From: Torpedo marmorata
Taxonomy: Eukaryota
Reading direction: 5' to 3'
Assembly (NCBI GenBank): GCA_977017645.1
Contig: OZ360238.1
Coordinates: 58,466,001 to 58,530,000 of the forward strand
Length of the DNA: 64,000 nucleotides
Under the pieces are notes generated by a model that made no database searches, had not been told where the DNA came from, and saw nothing but the letters and a program-made list of their open reading frames with translations. Positions within the stretch are counted from its first letter, which is position 1. Every line of letters starts with the position of its first letter. This document shows positions 22,411 through 35,135 of this stretch, one piece after another. Position numbers and translations under genes: made by a program.

Positions 22411-24646
22411 ACTATGACCACAAGTTCTGCCACCAAGCAGTCCAGCTGGACAGGCCTTCTGCATTCAGATCAGCTATATACACATGTGGAAAGGCTGCAG
22501 ATGGTGATTCTTGACAGGGGGAATATGGGCCTGCAGGATCTATCTCACTAATTTAGGCCACAGAGCAAATATTTAAATAAAATTTTTTTGTAGTACATTT
22601 GGATCTTCGCAGACTAACTTTTGCTGCATGTGTCTCTGTACATTTATCCAGAGACCCCTTCCTCCTACAGACGTACTTAACTTGTAACTCTGTCATTCAT
22701 GTAAAGTTGAGCAGCATTTGTTCTTGTGAGATGTGTCATAAACATATATTTCTATGGAGCATTTAACAAGTGAGAAGTTTTGTTGTATGGGAGACAAAGG
22801 AATTCCCAGCAAGATAATCTTAGCCAAAACAAGTGGATCACAAGAATCCACATCTCTTCCTGTAGTCTCCTACCACAAATTCAGGAGGGTTATTGTGCAG
22901 TTATCTCAGAAAATAGGTCTGATCATTGGTAAAAGTGCTGGTTTATATACCGGTATATAATATTTTGAAATGTGAGTTAAAAGGTGGAACAGAAATCTGC
23001 TCTAATAGAAGTTCCTACTTCCCTGTCTCATTGTAACCTCTGATAAATTGAGGGATCAGCATAGACAATGAGGACTATATCATTCTCCTTTTAAGGTCCT
23101 AGAAACCCCACCAGGGGCTGAGATCACCAGAAAATCGTTTATTGGAGGTTGATATAGATTTCCATTCACATTCAGGATAGGAGCATATCCCAGTATTTTA
23201 ATCCAACAGAGAATTTTGGCTTGCGTTAAATGCCAGGAACCAACTGACAGCAGTCCTACTGAGGTGAAGTAGGATTGTATTACAAGTCTTCTGGACTGCA
23301 GATGGCTGAAATGTGCTTCAGTTTTTTTTCAATTCAGATTTCACACCTCAACTTGAATAGAAATAGCTACTGAAAACATTATTATATTTGCACATTTCCT
23401 TGTAATAAAAGGAAATTTATTTTAATTGGATTGTTTCAAGATTAAGTGCACTACATTTAACCATGCAAGCATGCTTTAAATACATTTGCACAAATTGTGA
23501 TATTTGGACAGGTTTTATCCCTATATTACCTCTGGGGTCCCGATGCTCCCAGACTCGCTATTTATTGATACATTTAATACTGCCTTGCATCAATACGTAA
23601 ACCTCTGAAGCTTGCAACAACAGTGAGGAATGAACGCACAGAACATTTGGTATCTGATTTCTGAAAAGCTTAACATAAAAGGGTTAAAAGATTACAAGAT
23701 ATTTGCCACTTATCTCAGTAATTCACTTAAGAAACTTCTCTTTCCTGGAATAATACTACACTGAGACAGTGGCATGTCAATCCCATCAGTAGCTTTGAGA
23801 AACTGAAAACTTCCTTATTTCCCTCAAAATAACTAAAGGTATTGTCTTAAAACATAACCCCAAACGCATCTCACCAGAGTATGCGTCTTCTGTGGTATGT
23901 AGCTAAGTTTATAGTTCTAACAGAATTATGTTCTAGCTTTTCCTCAGATGGTACTTGCTGTATAAATGCTTAACAGTTGGCCCAGTATCTCATAAATACT
24001 AGATTTAAAATCATTTGCTATTGGGTAACCTGTTTCACTTATTCAAAACATATTATAGGAAACTATGATCTGGATTTTGTGTATTCATTTGGAATTTTTG
24101 AGTAGCGTTGCTAATTGTAGAAATCTTGCTGCAGGGAATATATTTAATTTACAACAGTAATTAAAAAGAGTTCAAAGAGTTGGTTGCTGGCAGAATTCTT
24201 AAAATGATGCTACCTTTTCTTGAAGATACACAGTGATATTACATGATTTATTGCTGGAGGGGATTTTCATGTAAATGGCATATTTGTTGGTGATTGATCA
24301 ATCCTTTGTGAACACTACACAGAATATTAAATATTGTTTAGGTATCAATTGGATAAAACTGAATATTCATGTAGTGAAACTGCAAAGCTGCTTGATTTAC
24401 ATCCTTCTCTTTTCCATTTTACTTTAGTTCTTTATATCTTGTTTATCAACATGTATAAGTGGTGATTCTTTCATCGATTCAGTCGATAAAACCATCCTTG
24501 TATTCTTTGGGAGGAATTATCGATAACTTCTAAGTTCAACCAGTACATTCCATGACATTCATTCCAAATGTCATCTGCTTGGGCATGTTAGCACAGCAGG
24601 AAATAAATATTTTGCTTGTGAGCACTCATGGTGATGTCCATTGTAA

Positions 24647-24700
24647 AAAGGTAAAGGTAAAGGTTCCATTATTGTCACGTAATACTACATTTAGAATGTT
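24647..24700 (-). mobile_element. Short 3'-end copy of the same SINE tail
   Basis: Reverse complement ATTCTAAATGTAGTATTACGTGACAATAATGGAACCTTTACCTTTACCTTT matches 22360-22404. Confidence 0.8.
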
Positions 24701-25065
24701 GATTAGGTCTTGCATTCTGCAAGGTAGTTCCTTTACCCCTTTAGCCTTTGTGAAGCACATAATTAAAACAGTACCCGTTCATATCCAAACTGGGGGAGGA
24801 ATTGGTTACAATGGAGAAGTCTTGGAGGAAGGAGGGAGGGAATAATTTTATGAAAGAGTATATTCTATAAGTCAGGTCTGCCAGGACCAAAAGGTTTGGT
24901 TGGCGTCATCAGGGAGACGGCAAGTATCAGGTTAGGTAGTAATAGATGTGTCATGGAGAGGAGAAGTTGCTGGGGATCAGTGAGGGATCTGGGATAAGAA
25001 TCTGGATAGAAGGTCAGTCAAGGAGTAAAACAAGATCAGGATGGGAGATCTAAATTTAGATGAAT

Positions 25066-25697
25066 TAATAGACAATAGGAGCTGGAGTAGGCCCTTCGGC
25101 CTGTCGAGCCAGCACCGCCATTTTATAGATCATGGCTGATCACTACTATCAGTACCCCTTTCCAGCCTTATCCCCATAACCCTTAACTCCCCTGCCCACT
25201 AGAGTCTTATCTAACTCTCTTTTGAACATAATCAGCGAATCTGCCTCTACCACCCTCTGTGGCAGAGCATTCCACAGATTCACACTTCTCTGGGTAAAGA
25301 AATTTTTCCTCATCTCCGTCCTAAAGGGCCTTCCCTGTATTCTTAAACTATGCCCTCTAGTCCTCGTCTCTCCCATCATTGGGAACAAGTAATCCAACTT
25401 CACCCTGTCTATCCCCTTGATAATCTTGTATACCTCAATCATGTCCCCCCTCATCCTTCTAAACTCCATCGGATATAAGTCCAGTTTTTCTAACCTTTCA
25501 GCATATGTCAATCCTGCCATCCCTGGAACCAACCTTGTACATCTGTGCTGCACACCCTCTATAGCTAGTATGTCCTTCCTCAAATTTGGGGACCAGAACT
25601 GGTCGCAATACTCCAGGTGAGGTCTCACCAGGGCCCTGTACAACTGCAGAAGGGCGTCTCTGCTCCTATACTCCAATCCCCTCTTTATGAAAGCCCA
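25066..25697 (-). mobile_element. CR1 LINE 3' fragment with open ORF2 C-terminus (stop at 25149)
   Basis: LYRALVRPHLEYC, RRMRGDMIEVYKI, TRGH, FFTQRSVNLWNALP; CR1 3' hairpin and short repeat tail. Confidence 0.92.
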
Positions 25698-25905
25698 CAC
25701 AAAGCTGGGGAAACTCAGCAGGTCAAACAGTGTACTTTATATAGCAAAGATAAAGATACATAACTAACGTTTCGGACCTTGATGAAGGGTACAAGTTATG
25801 AATCTTTATCTTTGCTATTTCAAGTACACTGTTTGACCTGCTGAGTTTCCCCAGCTTTGTGTTTTTACTTCAATCACTGTGTCTGCAGACTGTCATGTTT
25901 TACTC
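25697..25905. mobile_element. Penelope-derived fold-back (hairpin) element
   Basis: ~70-bp near-perfect inverted arms (25697-25766 / 25795-25862) followed by TGTCTGCAGAC end. Confidence 0.8.
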
Positions 25906-26717
25906 TTAAATTTTGATGAGGATTGGCTGCCACGTTCCCAACCTTGCATGCTCTAACGTTTGAGCTACTTTGGCAGGTTAGCTTCAAATTATGAGAAAGC
26001 GAGCCTCACAAACATTGTGTGGTCTATATCTGCATGAGTGGCAGACATCATCCGTGGACCATGATTCTGCAAGCAATATCTTTGCAGTTGTGTCCAGTTA
26101 TGTGAGGGACACAGTGCATGTCAGAACAGCTGACTTTGGCAATTGGATGTTGTGGGATTCACACAAAGTCTTCCATTTTGTGTTGCAAATTACTTTTCTT
26201 TGAAGTTGAATTGTTTGGTGCTCTACAACCTGCTATTGTGTGGTCCAATTTCTAAGCACTTGTACTTCTGCTTATTTCAAAACTTCTTGTGGAAAATCTG
26301 CTTTCTTTGGTGTTAGAGGATAAATGTTGTTTTAGGACATTATTACTAAATTCCTGGGTTACTGAGGTCCACACCTGGAATTCTTTCAGTCTAACAAGAA
26401 TTACTGAACACACAACACTCACTTGCTGTACTTGTACTTTCTTAATGACTTTCTAAAGGATTTGTGGACTTGAGGTTCCTCGTATACAACTAACGCAAAA
26501 TTCAAGACCATTCTGTATAAAAACTGACAAATAATTGTGCATTACAAATGGACAATCGCAGTGTTAATCAGTGCCTACTTCAGTCTAAACAATGTACCGT
26601 TTGTTAGAGTATTTAATTTACTACCATGCGTTACAGTGAAATAAAGAGAGGTCAGAAAAGACTGGATTGGTGAAAGAAAACATTATTTTAAAATCTCTAA
26701 TAATAATTAATATTCAA

Positions 26718-27202
26718 AGAACCATAGAACATTACAGAACAGAAACAGGATCTTTGGCCCTTCTAGTCTGTGCCGAACCATTATTTTTGTCTTGTCCCAC
26801 TGACCTGCACCCAGTTCATAGCCCTCCATACCTCTCCCATCCATGTACCTGTCCAAATTTCTCTTAAATGTTAAAATTGAGCCCACATTCATCACTTCAG
26901 CTGGAAGCTCATTCTACACCCCCACCACTCTCTGTGTGAAGAAGTTCCCCCTAGACTTTTCCCCTTTCACTCTTAACCCATGTCCTCTGGTTTGTATCTC
27001 ACCTACCATCAGTGGAAAAAGCCTATCTACATTTACTCTGTCTATCCCCCTCAATTTTAAATACCTCTATCAAATCTCCCCTCATTCTTCTGCGCTCCAG
27101 GGAATAAAGTCCTAACCTGTTTAACCTTTCCCTGTAACTCGGTTCCTGAAGTCCAGGCAACATCCTAGTAAATCTTCTCTGCACTCTTTCTATCTTATTG
27201 AA
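26718..27202 (-). mobile_element. CR1 LINE 3' fragment
   Basis: IERVQRRFTRMLPGL..YRERLNRLGLYSLERRRMRGDLIEVFK, CR1 3'UTR. Confidence 0.88.
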
Positions 27203-27254
27203 ATTAGATATAAATATCAGCCAGTGGATTTCACTCACCTCTTCAATCAGTGGG

Positions 27255-28675
27255 CAGTGAATTCAAGTCCCTCTTGACCCACTGATGATACTTCAATGCT
27301 GTCCTTAAGAACTTGTTGCAATGTCGGAGGTGTTGTTTATCAAGTGAGATGTTAAACTCTGTCCATTACGACTCAGAGCAAGAAATCCGATGGAAGTGAG
27401 TTATGAGCGACTGTCCTTGACCTCGAAGAATGATTTGACTGGCTGTAGGATCACTTGTGAAAGTTAATATATTTCAAGGGAAAACATTCCAATGGTCAGA
27501 ATGATACTACACATAAAAGGAAGATGATGAAGATTGTTGGAGATCATCAGACATTACGACTGAAATTCCTCAGGCATTCCTCGTAGCCCAGGCATTTTTA
27601 GCTGCTTCATCAATGACCATCATAAGGTCTGAGGATATTCATTGATGATTGCACAATATGCCATTCAATTCGTAACTCCTTAGCATGTGAGCCAGTTCAC
27701 ACCTGCATACGTCAAAACATTGGCAGCTTTCAGGAAAATGCTGTTATGTAGCAAGTAACGTTCCTTCCACAAAGGTGTCAGGCAATGACAAACTCCAATA
27801 AGAAAGGGTCTAACCACCTACCCTTGTCGCTCAATGGCATTACCATCATCTGGATACCATCCTCCACATCATGTATAATCACCATTGAATAGAAACTCAG
27901 TTGGACCAGCCCGAGAAATCGTGTGGCTGCAAGAATGTCAGAGGCTGCTTTTGTAGCTGTTGTAACTTGGGCATCCTATGGTGTCTTGCCTCCTAACATT
28001 GCTATGTTTCTACCATCTGCAGGGCACAAGTCAGGAGTGAATAGATAGATACTTTCCACTTGTCTGGATGGGAGCAATTCCAGCAACTCTTGTGAAACTC
28101 CAGGACCCATCTCCCTAGCATTCACTCCCTCCACCACCTATGCACTGTGGCTGTGGTTTTTACAATCTACAAAATGCACTGCAGTTACTTGGCTCGACTG
28201 CGTCAATAGAACCTTTCAAATCTGCAACCATAAAGAACATGGAGAACAGGTGGATGCAAACGCCAGCATTTTGACGTTCCCTTCCAAACTGCACATTATT
28301 GTCAATACCTCACCATTTCTTTATTGTCACTGTGTCTAAAGATGGGAACTTTCTACCCAACAGCGTGCCTTCACAATGTTTCAAGGAGGTAGCTCACCAC
28401 CTACCTTAACAAAGACAGTTTGGGATTGGCAACGTATGCTGCACCTAGATCCTATACAATGAATTTTTTTAAAATTATTTCAGTGACAAACAAGAGAATT
28501 GTCCTCAAGTGAAGTGGAAATGATTTATTCCTTAATCAACATCTCAAAAGCAAATTATTAGGTAATTTTGTTGATCCTATTTCCTACAATACAACATTGA
28601 CTACACTTTGAATAAAACTGCTTCAAAGCCTAGAAATTCTTTTGTTCAAACAAATATAAATGCTGTTCTTTCTTT
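27255..28675 (+). mobile_element. DeuSINE split by an old CR1 3' fragment (~27420-28470)
   Basis: Deu-domain TGTCGGAGGTG...GAGATGTTAAAC before; ATTTCCTACAATACAACATTGACTACACTT...ATATAAATGC after. The middle has CR1 motifs (AGCTGCTTCATCAATGACC, CAAGTCAGGAGTG, TTCAAGGAGGTAGCTCACCACC). Confidence 0.6.
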
Positions 28676-28687
28676 CATATTTGTTAG

Positions 28688-28731
28688 CATCTATCTTTGG
28701 TGCTGACAATGTACAATCCCAGAAATTACCG
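28688..28731 (+). CDS. Candidate coding exon B (SIFGADNVQSQKLP)
   Basis: TTTGTTAG acceptor, strong CCG|GTAAGC donor, 44 nt, phase 1 to 0. Confidence 0.4.
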
Positions 28732-29191
28732 GTAAGCCTTGCTGCTCTGATCAAACCTGTTGTAATACGGTACGTGAAAAAAATACTCTCTTATAAAGAC
28801 TGAAATATGGGTTATTTTCAAGGTTTGCTTTATCTACTTTTTATCTGATGTTTCAAAATCCTCAACTGTTCAATTTCTTGAGAAAACAATCTATATGTTT
28901 TGCCTTTTCCTGGATCCTTTGTTGACATTCCACAATGGAATTGTGTTGTCACTATCCAAGTCGAAAAAATCTTGTTAGACACTTCCTACATCTTTTAACT
29001 TAAACAGAAGGAAATTGGATGAGTTCCATAACTGGCCTGTATCCCTATTCTCAATGTAAGAGATACTAACTGCTGAGAGAGTGAAAGGTGAAAAACTATA
29101 TATAAACAAACAAAGATAAGCCAAAACGATGATGAGATACAACCAGAGTACCCAGATTGTCAAAATGTGGGAGTGATCCTTAGTTAGTTAG

Positions 29192-29685
29192 TTCTTAAGA
29201 AAAATATAAGTGAAAACCTGAGTGTCTGAATACTTTTCCCTTTCATCTATATTATGATATTCCTATTTTATTATTTGCCTATTTGTCTCATTTATATATT
29301 TGGTTATTTCTTAGGTCTTTATTTTTTTTTGCTTTTATTGTCATGATACTTTTGTGTTCTAAGCATTCTGGTCATCCTGTCATTTATTAATTTCATTGAG
29401 TGAGTTAAGCATGATAATATGCAGTTCTACAAAATGCAACTACTGTACAATAATATATAATTGTGCAATAGTGTTTTTAAATTAAGGAGCTGTATTTTAA
29501 ATTTCAGATAACCACATCATACTGTAGTTTGCCAATTTTTCAAAATAAGCATTCACAGCATCAAAGTCAAAGTTCAAATTTATTGTCAGAGTACATTCCT
29601 GACATCACATACAACCCTGATATTCTTTTTCCTGTGGGTGAGGCAGAATTACCACTTATTGGTCGTGCAAAAACTGTACTCAAGA
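29192..29685 (+). repeat. ~490-bp segment duplicated at 43968-44454 (unique AT-rich DNA + Rex tail)
   Basis: Collinear similarity from GAAAACCTGAGTGTCTGAATACTTTT to AACTGTACTCAA in both places. Confidence 0.9.
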
Positions 29686-30785
29686 CATGTAAACAAATAA
29701 AGGGGCGGCACGGTTGGCGTAGCAGTTAGCGCAACGCCTTTACAGCTCCAGCAATCGGGACCAGGGTTCGAATCCCACGCTGTCTGTAAGGAGTTTGTAC
29801 ATTCTCCTCGTGTCTGCGTGGGTTTTCCCCGGGGGCTCCGGTTTCACCCCACTGTTTGAAACGTACCGGAGGAGTAGGTTAATTGGGTGTAAATTGGGCG
29901 GCACAGACTCATGGGCCGAAATGGCTTGTTACCGTGCTGTATGTCTAAATTTAAAATTTAAAGAAATGTAAACAACCTTATGCGCAATACAGAGAGAAAA
30001 ATAAAAACTAAACTACAAAAGTAAGAGTCCTTCAATGAGTCCCTGATTGAGTTTGTTGTTGAGGAGTCTGATGGTGGAGGGGTAGCAGCTGTTCCTGAAC
30101 CTGGTGGTGCGAGTCTTGTGGCACCTATACCTCTTTCCTGATGGGAACAGTGAGAACAGAGCATGTGCTGGGTGGTGTGGATCCTTGATGATTGCTGCTG
30201 CTCTCTGACTGCAGCATTCCCTGTAGATGTTCTTGATGGTGGGGAGGGTTTTGCCTGTGATGTCCTGGGCTCTTTCCACTCAGAGGTATTGGTGTCCCCA
30301 TACCAGACCGTGATGCAGCTGGTCAGCACACTTTCCACACACATCTGTAGAAATTTGCCAAATTTTCCGATGTCAAACCAAACCTCCGCAAACTCCTGAG
30401 GAAGTAGAGGTGCTGACGTGCTTTCTTCACGATGCCATTAGTGTGTTGGGTCCAGGAAAGATCCTCCAAGATAGTGACTCCCAAGAACTTAAATTTGCTC
30501 ACCCTCTCCACCTCTGATTTCCCCAATGATCACTGGATCGCACACCTCTGGTTTTCCCTTCCTGAAATCAATAATCAGCTCCTTGGTTTTAATGAAATTG
30601 AGTGTGAGGTTGTTGTTGCTGCACCATTTAGCCAAGATTTCAATCTCCCCCCTGTATGCTGAATCGTCACCCCCTTTTTTACAGCCCACTACCGTGGTAC
30701 CATTAGCGAATTTGTAAATGGTGTTGTTGTCGTACCGAGCCACACAGACATAGGTGGAAAGTGAGTAAAGCAGGGGGAAAAGAGT
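29566..30785 (-). mobile_element. Rex1/Babar LINE 3' fragment (third family)
   Basis: IYKFANGTTVVG, KKARQHLYFLRSL, FRNSCYPSTIRLLN; tail AATAAATTTGAACTTTGA. Confidence 0.9.
29702..29960 (+). mobile_element. tRNA-derived V-SINE (HE1-like) with CR1-type tail
   Basis: A box TGGCGTAGCAG, B box GGTTCGAATCC, V domain GGAGTTTGTACATTCTCC..GTGTCTGCGTGGGTTT; inserted in the Rex 3'UTR. Confidence 0.88.
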
Positions 30786-30959
30786 CATGATCCTTTAAGT
30801 CATGATGAAGATAATCCTCACAATGCATGAGAGTAGTCAGTGTGGATCAGTTAAGAATGCCCTCTGGTCATAGAGCTGAAAAAGTGCAAACTACAATTTT
30901 TGAATGCCTGTGGATTTAAAAATATAATCTAACACTAATTTCTGCCATTTATGAAAGTT

Positions 30960-33745
30960 AATACCGGCTGGGTTATGTCGACCTCCTCCTCCACTGCTTT
31001 AGAGCAAATATCGATTAATTGCAGACCCTTCTATCTACCCCAAGAGTTCTCATCAAAGTTCAAAGTTTCCTCAACCCCGAGACTTCTCAACAGTGATTCT
31101 CACCGGCGTTTATATCCCTCCCGATGCCGATTACAAACAGGCATTCGTGGAGCTACATGATGTGGTCAGTAAACAAGAGATGGCCCACTCCAACGCACTA
31201 CAAATCATAGTTGGTGACATTAACCAAGACTGTACGATTTTTAAAAATAAAATCAGAAAAAATATCATGAAAGAAATAGTGGTGACGGCTGTAAAAGAGC
31301 CTGTTAAAGGAGCTGACTGTGTTTTATTTAAAATCCTGCGACCTCGGGGTCTGGGACCAAGATGGCGACACCTGTGTACAACAGCAGCCACAATGGGTTG
31401 CAGACTCCGGGAGAGCAGCAGACTGGCGCAGAGCACCAGTAACAGGGAGAACACCCCACATTGAGAGAGACGACCCAAAGGATGGTGAAACCAGTGAGGG
31501 GGCTCTGTGGCTGAAGGACGTACAGAGGCGGCGAGCTGTTGGCGACTTGCGGGCAAGGAACCCACAGAGGCCGCAGGCTGCTGATGACTTGAGATCAAAG
31601 GACTCACACCAGGCTGCAGGAGACTGGCTCATGAAGACTAGGTATCGGAATAGGGCCTAAAAAGAGAGGCTCCAGAGATCAGGACAGCCAGAAGGTGGTC
31701 GCGGAAGGCTGTTACAGGATTGCCTCGGGTCAGTGGATTGGGTGGTGTTCAAGAATTCAGCTGAGGATCTGAATGATTACATCAGGGTCGTTACAGACTT
31801 CATTGAAAGAGCTGTGGACGAGTGTGTCCCCACCAAATCATTCAGAGTTTTCCCCAACCAGAGCCCTGGATGAACAATGAAATCCAGAACCAGAGAGCCA
31901 GATCACAGGCATTTAAGTCCGAAGATCAAGAACAATACACAAGGTGCGGGTATGACCTACGGATAGCCATCTCCTGGGCGAAGTGGAGATTCCAGATATG
32001 AATGGAAACAACAAAGGATACCCAACAGCTGTGGCAGGGCCTAAATTAAATAACCTACTACAAAACCAAATCCGGTGCAACAGAAGACAGTAAAGCTTCA
32101 CACCCATATGAGCTTAATGCCTTCTCTGCCTGATTTGACTACCAGAACAAGGAAGAACCACTGTGTACTCCCGGGTCCCCTGATGATCCTCTACTCTCAG
32201 TATCTGAGGATAACTTACGGGCTGCCTCCTGTGCTGACCAACTGGCCAATGTATTCAGGGATATCATCAACATCTCACTCCGACAGGGTGTGGTTCCCAC
32301 CTGTTTCAAACAGGTTTTAATCGAGCTGGTGCCCAAGAAGAATGGTAACCTGCCTAAATGACGACGGAGCAGTGGCACTCACATCTACAGTGATGAAGTG
32401 TTTTGAGAGGCTGGTGTTGAAGCACATCAGCTCCAGTTTGAGCAGTGACGTGGATCTGTTTTAATTTTCCTACTGTGGCAACAGGACTACGGCAGATGCC
32501 ATCTCACTGGCTTCTACATAAAACCCTGGAACACCTGGACAGCAAAGATGCACTCATCAGGATGTTTTTTATTGACTATAGTTCGGCATACAACACCATC
32601 CTCCCCTCAAAACTGAACAGCAAACTCTAAGACCAGGGCCTCAACACCCTACTGTGTAATTGGATCCTGGATTTCCTCACCTCCAGACCCCAATCCATGA
32701 GGATAGACAAGAAAATCTGCTCCACAATCTCCATCAGTACCGGATCACCACAGCATTGCATACTTAGTCCCCTGCTCTGCTTGCTTTACACTTATGAATG
32801 TGTGGCTCGGTACGACGACATCATATATGAATTTGCTGATGATACCACTCTAGTGGGCTGTATAAAAAGGGGTGATGTGTCACCATACAGGAGGGAGATT
32901 GAAAACTTGGCAGAATGGTGTACTGACAATAACCTCTCATTCAATGTCACCAAGACAAGGATCTGATTGTGGACTTTAGGAAGGGAAAACCAGAGGTGTA
33001 CAATCAGAGCTGGAGAGGGTGAGCAAATTTAAATTCCTGGGAGTCGTTATCTCAGATGGCCTTTCCTGGATCCATCATACTAATGCCATTGTGAAGAAAG
33101 CACGTCAGCTCCTGTACTTCCTCAGTGGTTTGTGGAGGTTCGGAATGTCATCAGAAACCTTGCTAAACTTCTACAGATTTGTGGTGGAAAGTGTGCTGAC
33201 TGGCTGCATCACGGCCTGGTATGGGGGCACCTACACTTCTAAGTGGAAAGCCCTGCAAAAGGTAGTGGACACAGCTCAGTACATCACAGACAAAACTCTT
33301 CCCACCATCGAGAACATCGACAGGGAATGCTGCCGTTGGAGAGCAGCAGCAATCACCAAGGATCCATACTGCCCAGCACACGCTCTGTTCTCGCCTCTAC
33401 CATCAGGAAAGAGGTATAGGTGCCACAAGGCTCACACCACCAGGTTCAGGAACAGCTGCTACTCCTCCACCATCAGACTCCTCAACAACAAACTCAATCA
33501 GGGACTTATTTAAGGACTCTTACTTTGCTCATGATTTATTACTGAATATTTATTTTTCTGTATTTGCACAATTTGTTTATATTCTTTCTTTTGTTTACAT
33601 TTCTTTCTTTTGTATACATTTCTTTCTTCTCGAGTACAATTTACAGTTACCAGTAGTTAGAAATTCTGCTTGGCCCGCAGGAAAAAGAATCTCAGGGTTA
33701 TTTGTGATGTCATGTGTGTACTCTAATAATAAATATGAACTTTGA
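30960..33745 (+). mobile_element. Decayed Rex1/Babar LINE (third family) with foreign GC-rich segment at ~31235-31655
   Basis: CRPFYLPQEF, VYIPP, IVGDINQ, then RT pieces ([15 protein letters not shown]) and a 3' tail. Confidence 0.88.
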
Positions 33746-33762
33746 TAGATTTCCTTGTATAT

Positions 33763-34034
33763 CAGAGGTTTTCAAACTTTTTCTTTCCACTCACATTCCA
33801 CCTTAAGTAATCCCTATGCCATAAGTGCTCTGTGATTAGTAAGGGATTGCTTAAGGCTGTATGTGAGTGGGAAGGGAAGGTTGAGAACCACTGCTCTAGA
33901 CCCAATTGTTACTGAAATATTTTGCTTGAGAAAAATTGTCATTGGCCCATTACCTTTGGAGTTATGAAACCGTGCACATAACGAGTCAATTAGGTACGAT
34001 TAAAACAGTGGTTTTCCAACTTTTTCTTTCCACT
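33763..34034. mobile_element. hAT/Charlie-type MITE: 131-bp palindrome plus spacer and a third partial TIR
   Basis: CAGAGGTTTTCAAACTT...AAGGTTGAGAACCACTG (33763-33893), followed by CTCTAGAC; TIR recurs at 34006-34034. Confidence 0.75.
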
Positions 34035-34454
34035 AATTATGCAGTAAAATTTAATAATTCCTCAGACTCTGACCCTTTGACAGGCAAGTGTGCATGGGAA
34101 TCAAATCAAGTACAAGAAGAAATGTTATCAGTTAAAAATATAGACTGAAGCATAAGAGATTTAAAAAATGTACGAAAAATACATGAATGATGATCAAAGC
34201 CTATAATAATTAAGCAAAGTAATTTGGATTACAGTATTTCTTTCTGGCCAATGCCTGGTGATGCATTAAGATTGTGTACCTGATTGTTTTTCTCAATTCT
34301 TAAATCTCAAGGTTGATTGCACTATTCTCAAAGATCCCAAATGTCCTACTGCTTTTGCCATCCAATTCTAAACTTGCAACGCAAACAAGTTACAACATAG
34401 AAATATATGAATGACGGATTTAGGAAAAAAGCTCAGTCTTCATCTTCTTTCTTT

Positions 34455-35135
34455 TCTAGCAGTTACTTGGAATCAAGGATGACTTGATTCTACTGTGCTA
34501 CAGTGAGATTTGAAGTGACTAATGAAGTCAGTGTGGGGACTGCAGACGTGTTCACAGATGGGGCAAGGAATAGCTGATGGGGCAGGCAGTCAGTAATGTG
34601 TGAGGCTGTGAGCTTCTTCTTCCACCTTCTGCATTTTGAGTGGTCATGGGCCAGAGGTTCCCAAAATCAGTGGGGATGTTGCTTTTCTTCAAGAAAGCTT
34701 TGAGTGCATTCTTTAATCTTATTTTTCCCATCCACCTGGTAATCTTCTCCTGTAGCAGAGCATCCGTTCCCAGAGTTTGGTGCTGGCTAGGAAAATGAGG
34801 TTGCCATCCCAAATAAAGCAACTGAAGGTAATGGGAGATGTGTTGGTCTAGGAGAGGAAGCGGATGTTAGTTTGCTGATCCTTCCAGTAAATTTGGAGAT
34901 TTTATGGTGGTATTTTTTCTATGCCTAGTGATGCGTGCTGTGAGTAGTCCAGGTCTCAGAAAAAATTAAGAGGGCTGGTTTCCTGGTAGGCCATACCTTT
35001 TGAACCAGGTCTGAAGTCTTGATCTTTAAATATCTCTTTCCTCCATCAACCATGGTCTCCGCTAGCATATTGGTGGTGAATTTTGTCATCAGTGTCACCC
35101 TTAGCCTAAGTAATGGCATTGACTCCAACAAGATT
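34455..35135 (-). mobile_element. Decayed RTE LINE 3' fragment
   Basis: Minus strand RLKNALKAFLKKSNIPTD, CPI zinc-finger remnant and an RTE-type 3' end (CAAGTCATCCTTGATTCC). Confidence 0.6.

Noticed and set aside
29702-29785. tRNA gene
   Set aside because: A/B boxes run into the V-domain and CR1 tail, so this is a SINE head present in several copies.
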